A DNA stretch of 64,000 bases from Leptolyngbyaceae cyanobacterium CSU_1_4 (lineage in GTDB: Bacteria; Cyanobacteriota; Cyanobacteriia; Elainellales; Elainellaceae). Shown in pieces: positions 60,595-64,000 of the stretch. The first letter of the stretch is position 1, and every line of letters starts with the position of its first letter. The notes beneath the pieces are model-generated. The model did no database searches, was not told the DNA's origin, and worked only from the letters and a program-made list of their open reading frames with translations. The stretch is from positions 2,242 to 66,241 of the forward strand of contig JAAUPA010000001.1 in assembly GCA_012034615.1 (NCBI GenBank). Direction: 5' to 3'. Position numbers and translations under genes: made by a program.

Positions 60595-61435
60595 AATAAC
60601 CTCAGAGTATGAGCGACATAACGAAGCCTCAGATGAGACACACCCGCAACGTTTCTCCACGCAAACTGTAGTTTTATTTACACTGATTAAATCAATTCTC
60701 TAAGTTTGAAAAACCTTGATGATGAAACCTAGTTAATGTTAAATACACTTCTGCGATCGCCTTAACTCTAAGTCAGAAAATTCAGTCTAGCTCTGTATTC
60801 AAACTTAGGGAAGTGATTAAACTTTGACTGTAAGTAGACCAGTCTGATTAAATGTCAGACGTGTGAAAATATCAGATGTAGTGTGGGCATCTTGCCCGCA
60901 AGCGAGACGCTTGCCCCACGGCTATCTGTAAATTAATTATGCCCACTTACTTAACAACTTTGACTGTAACAGATTAATTGAATTGAAACCACATTTTTAA
61001 AAGTTCCAAGTAATACGCTGTCACTAATAAGAAATCACGGAACACATCTCACAATTAATATACTGTCTTAACGACCTTCCGTCCGGAACAAATTTGTTAT
61101 TTAATCTACATTGACCATGCTGCAAGGGTTTCAGGAAAATAAGATCTAAGTTTGCGATCGCCGACTTCTATTTGCTATGCTGTGCTTTGATTAAAAACTT
61201 TTCGCAGAACAAGTTAAATCGTGTGTTCTCAGCAATTTTAGTTGCTGTGATTAATCCTTCATCTATTTATCACTACAGCAGCCTAAAATATTCTGTCTTG
61301 CAAGGTCGCTATGAAGTGACTAACGTTCTACATGAGCAAGTTACAGGTTACTCAACAAGTTATTTAGGTTGAAATTAGCTTTTCAGCTTTATTTTAATCA
61401 GGGGCATTGCCAGACAAAATCTCTTCTTTGAAAGG

Positions 61436-61933
61436 ATGGCAAACGCAATGAATTTGCAATTGGTGAAAAATACACAAACTCACAAAGAAATCTCTACCTC
61501 TGATCAAAATCAACGTCAGCGGATTAAGCAAGAGGTACAGCAAAGGATTCATGAGACACTTCAGTTTGCTAAAGATTTACCGCCAAAAGATTGTCTGAGT
61601 GAAGTTAGAAGTAAACTTCTGGCAGTTCAAATATATTGTCAATCCGTAGGAAAAACATTCATTTTCGTGGAGGAATGCATTACCTGCGATCAGTACGATT
61701 TAGGAGGTCATCATGACGATCAAGCAACTTTATTTCGGGGACCTAGTGAAGCAGCTTCTGTTGCAATCTGTGTCACACATGAAGGCTCTTTACTCCATCG
61801 AAATGACTGTCCTTGGAGAGTTTACAGACACATGAGAGATGTAAACCCTGTAGAAGGTCTCTTCCCGCATGAACTGGATGAAACCTTAATTAACCACGTA
61901 AAATCAATTAACTACGTGAAATCTAAACATTGA
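61436..61933 (+). CDS. Orphan hypothetical protein (165 aa) in AT-rich island
   Basis: ORF preceded by gaaagg. No recognisable motifs apart from scattered Cys/His (CITCDQYDLGGHHDD). Confidence 0.4.
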   Translation: MANAMNLQLVKNTQTHKEISTSDQNQRQRIKQEVQQRIHETLQFAKDLPPKDCLSEVRSKLLAVQIYCQSVGKTFIFVEECITCDQYDLGGHHDDQATLFRGPSEAASVAICVTHEGSLLHRNDCPWRVYRHMRDVNPVEGLFPHELDETLINHVKSINYVKSKH

Positions 61934-61986
61934 TAAATTCATGAGGATGAAATATGAACTTCACCCTCATGAATTCTTTTTTTTCG

Positions 61987-62781
61987 TTAGAGGGTGAGGT
62001 TATCTGCATAGACCAGTCGAGTTGCCGATCGCTGCTCAAACAGCATATATTCTTCCATAATGCTCCAGAAAAATGCCCGCAGGGTTTTCCGTCGTGCTTC
62101 TGCTGGAATCTTGTAGTCGAACGGCGAATCGCACCGTTTGATCTTGGCTAAGTGGCTATCGCAACCACAGCCATGCTCACTAAAATAACCATAACGGCTC
62201 GATACGCTATCAATCAAACGCCGCAACATAGAGACATATCCTCCATGCAGAATCGCATCAAACTGTCGCGCAATGCCCAGGTCTTGTTCACTGAAACGGA
62301 ACGATCGCACCGCAAAGAGATCCGATCGCTGCAAGGGATGGAGAAACGTCCAGTAGAATGTAGCAGGCACATCATATCCCAGCTCATCAAACAACTCCTT
62401 GACCACGTTCACCAGAGCAGTTCGCTCAGCTTTTTGAACATTATTAGCCTGTACTTCAGAACGAATCTGTTGTAAGTCTGGATAATTCTCGGGTAAAAAT
62501 GCTTCACCATAATGAGAGACAGCTTCCCACGCTAGCTGCCCGTTTCCTTCTCGATAAGCATCTTTAAGATGCTTTGTCTCAGGACGTTCTAAAAACAGGA
62601 TATGTCCATGCTGATTCTTTGCCAAAAAGACCTGCGCCATTGCAGTATATACGATCGGTTCCGTCATCCATGATCCTTGTGCAATTCGTTGCCAATTCTC
62701 TGGCAGATATTCAAGAGGGACAGCAGGTTCGCCATTAATTGTGGTAAGGATTAAATCTCGTGTGGTGGTTACTGATGGCAT
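61987..62781 (-). CDS. Orphan hypothetical protein (264 aa) immediately downstream of recJ
   Basis: ORF lying 47 nt downstream of the recJ stop on the same strand, preceded by aggagat. Contains HGCGCDSH. No family recognised. Confidence 0.45.
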   Translation of the reverse strand: MPSVTTTRDLILTTINGEPAVPLEYLPENWQRIAQGSWMTEPIVYTAMAQVFLAKNQHGHILFLERPETKHLKDAYREGNGQLAWEAVSHYGEAFLPENYPDLQQIRSEVQANNVQKAERTALVNVVKELFDELGYDVPATFYWTFLHPLQRSDLFAVRSFRFSEQDLGIARQFDAILHGGYVSMLRRLIDSVSSRYGYFSEHGCGCDSHLAKIKRCDSPFDYKIPAEARRKTLRAFFWSIMEEYMLFEQRSATRLVYADNLTL

Positions 62782-62828
62782 AAGGAAAATCTCCTAAATT
62801 CTAGGTACACCCACTACAACTATAAACC

Positions 62829-64000
62829 TCAGTGGTTCAATGCCTCTCCTGTCACCAAACTCCGCAACAACTCAAACTGCCATACCCCGATCGCCCCAAC
62901 TGTTGCTGCCATTTTCAGCCTATAGATTTGGTCAATTCTGGAAGCAGCTTCGACGGGTTGATGAAGCAACCATGGGGCGATCGGATAATCCCACTGAACC
63001 AGAAAATTTTTCAAGAGTTGGCGATCGCGCTCACTGATTCCTTCAATCGTCACAGTAGAATATAAATCAGCGGGAAGTTGTAGTTGCGCGAGCTTGTCGA
63101 GATGGAGCGATCGCCATTCTGTCGAGAGCAGTGGCGGCAAAACCTCCAGCGTATACTTTCTACGGGCTTTGATCGGGATTCCACCTAATTCTGAAATGCC
63201 CTGATCTTTCAGAAACTGATAAAGCTTTTTGAATAACGCCTGAACAACATCGCGTTCCACTGCGTCGCACAGTAGAACAGCGGCACTGATATGATCTGGC
63301 GATTCGGTCGCGTTAGCAATTTTACAGGCGGCGATCAAGTCTTTTTGGCTTTGGGCACTAAGACAGAGCCAGGGTGAGGAATTTAGAATCTTTTCGGGTG
63401 ATAAAGCTTGGGGAGGTTCGGGTTTAACTGGGCTTTTAGACAGTGGTAATGTTGGTGAATGAGCGGGTTCTTCAGAAAGGGAATTAGGCGATCGCACCTC
63501 TTGATTGAGTTGTTCGCTCAGTTTTTCACTCAGTTGTTCATTTAGCTGAGCAATTTGCTGATCTTTTTCAGCAATTAGCCATTCTTTCTCTTGAATCCTT
63601 TGTCCTTGTTCAATCAATTCCAAGGCAGTTAACGCAGCTTGAATTAAATTAAAGTAAAACGGCTGAGAAATATCAACTTCCTGAGCATCCTTTCGGCTTG
63701 TCCCTAACAATCCTCGTTTTTGTTGCGGCTGGATAGCTAGAATCTGTCCTGCTGGGTTCCTAATACGCAGCTCTTTCGATTCACCAACCTGTGAAATACT
63801 GCATAGATAAGGGAGCGTATCATAGTAAAATTCTACCTTCGCTAAGGCAGGTTTATTTGCCTCTACGGGTTTGACTAGCAATTCCGGCTGAGGTATTCCA
63901 GTCGGCAAACGAATGCCGATCAGTTCTAGTTCCACCGACTTTGTGCCGTTCCATTCATTCAGCCGTAATCGGTACGCTACATCCACCAAACTAGGAATCG
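62829..64000 (-). CDS. recJ: Single-stranded-DNA exonuclease RecJ, C-terminal end plus a ~355-aa extension; N-terminus beyond the window
   Basis: The frame is open to the window edge. IPSLVDVAYRLRLNEWNGTKSVELELIGIR resembles the extreme C-terminus of bacterial RecJ (NEF/W.G..S.QL motif). About 355 further codons follow, including a coiled-coil-like QIAQLNEQLSEKLSEQLNQE segment. Confidence 0.6.
   Translation of the reverse strand, partial: IPSLVDVAYRLRLNEWNGTKSVELELIGIRLPTGIPQPELLVKPVEANKPALAKVEFYYDTLPYLCSISQVGESKELRIRNPAGQILAIQPQQKRGLLGTSRKDAQEVDISQPFYFNLIQAALTALELIEQGQRIQEKEWLIAEKDQQIAQLNEQLSEKLSEQLNQEVRSPNSLSEEPAHSPTLPLSKSPVKPEPPQALSPEKILNSSPWLCLSAQSQKDLIAACKIANATESPDHISAAVLLCDAVERDVVQALFKKLYQFLKDQGISELGGIPIKARRKYTLEVLPPLLSTEWRSLHLDKLAQLQLPADLYSTVTIEGISERDRQLLKNFLVQWDYPIAPWLLHQPVEAASRIDQIYRLKMAATVGAIGVWQFELLRSLVTGEALNH

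Noticed and set aside
1-64000. The many GCGATCGC palindromes as specific operators or terminators
   Set aside because: This is the HIP1 octamer, known to be hyper-abundant genome-wide in many cyanobacteria. It occurs inside genes and between them alike, so individual copies carry no local regulatory meaning.
1-64000. tRNA, rRNA, tmRNA, RNase P RNA, group I/II introns, transposases, integrases
   Set aside because: I scanned intergenic regions for conserved T-loop/acceptor patterns and scanned ORFs for DDE or tyrosine-recombinase motifs, and found nothing convincing. A covariance-model scan would be needed to be certain.

Overview
A 64-kb chromosomal segment from a cyanobacterium. The HIP1 octamer GCGATCGC is scattered throughout, and psbK, isiA, ccmP and phycobilisome genes are present. 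About 60 genes are packed on both strands. I found no rRNA, tRNA, CRISPR array, transposase or integrase.

Main blocks:
- **Phycoerythrin operon (52.5-57.0 kb, minus strand):** a complete cpeC-cpeD-cpeE-cpeS-cpeT-cpeR type accessory operon, so the organism makes phycoerythrin.
- **Iron/metal cluster (30.3-35.1 kb):** isiA, a Fur-family regulator, dps, a Fur-box-like site and an ArsR/SmtB regulator.
- **Phosphate scavenging:** a 1553-codon fusion (phytase-like, GDPD, alkaline phosphatase, RTX repeats) at 44986-49648, preceded by 11-bp-phased Pho-box-like repeats. A PhoD-like gene lies at 14.7-17.0 kb.
- **Tight operon (36.7-41.8 kb):** fatty-acyl-AMP ligase, DUF1400 hydrolase and a PabB/PabC fusion, with intergenic gaps of 4 nt and 1 nt.
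- **Housekeeping:** psbK, hemW, a guaB3-type gene, trxA, gatB, rodZ, mtgA, class I aldolase, ccmP and a partial recJ.

Non-coding content:
- a family of about 75-bp palindromic MITE-like elements (5 copies, two of them nested in larger inverted repeats);
- many in-frame 12-15-bp coding microsatellites;
- a 21-bp heptad-coding repeat array;
- a Yfr2-like sRNA candidate upstream of trxA;
- an AT-rich orphan-gene island at 60.7-62.8 kb beside a recJ gene with a long C-terminal extension.

Most important caveat: about 20 single-base indels, mostly in short homopolymers, break 13 genes, including the essential gatB. This looks like assembly error, not gene decay. I typed these genes as pseudogene only because the sequence as given cannot encode the intact protein.

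I did not find a clearly novel system. The best candidates for uncharacterised biology are the FAAL-hydrolase-PabBC operon, the multi-enzyme phosphoesterase fusion, and the AT-rich island with the RecJ extension.
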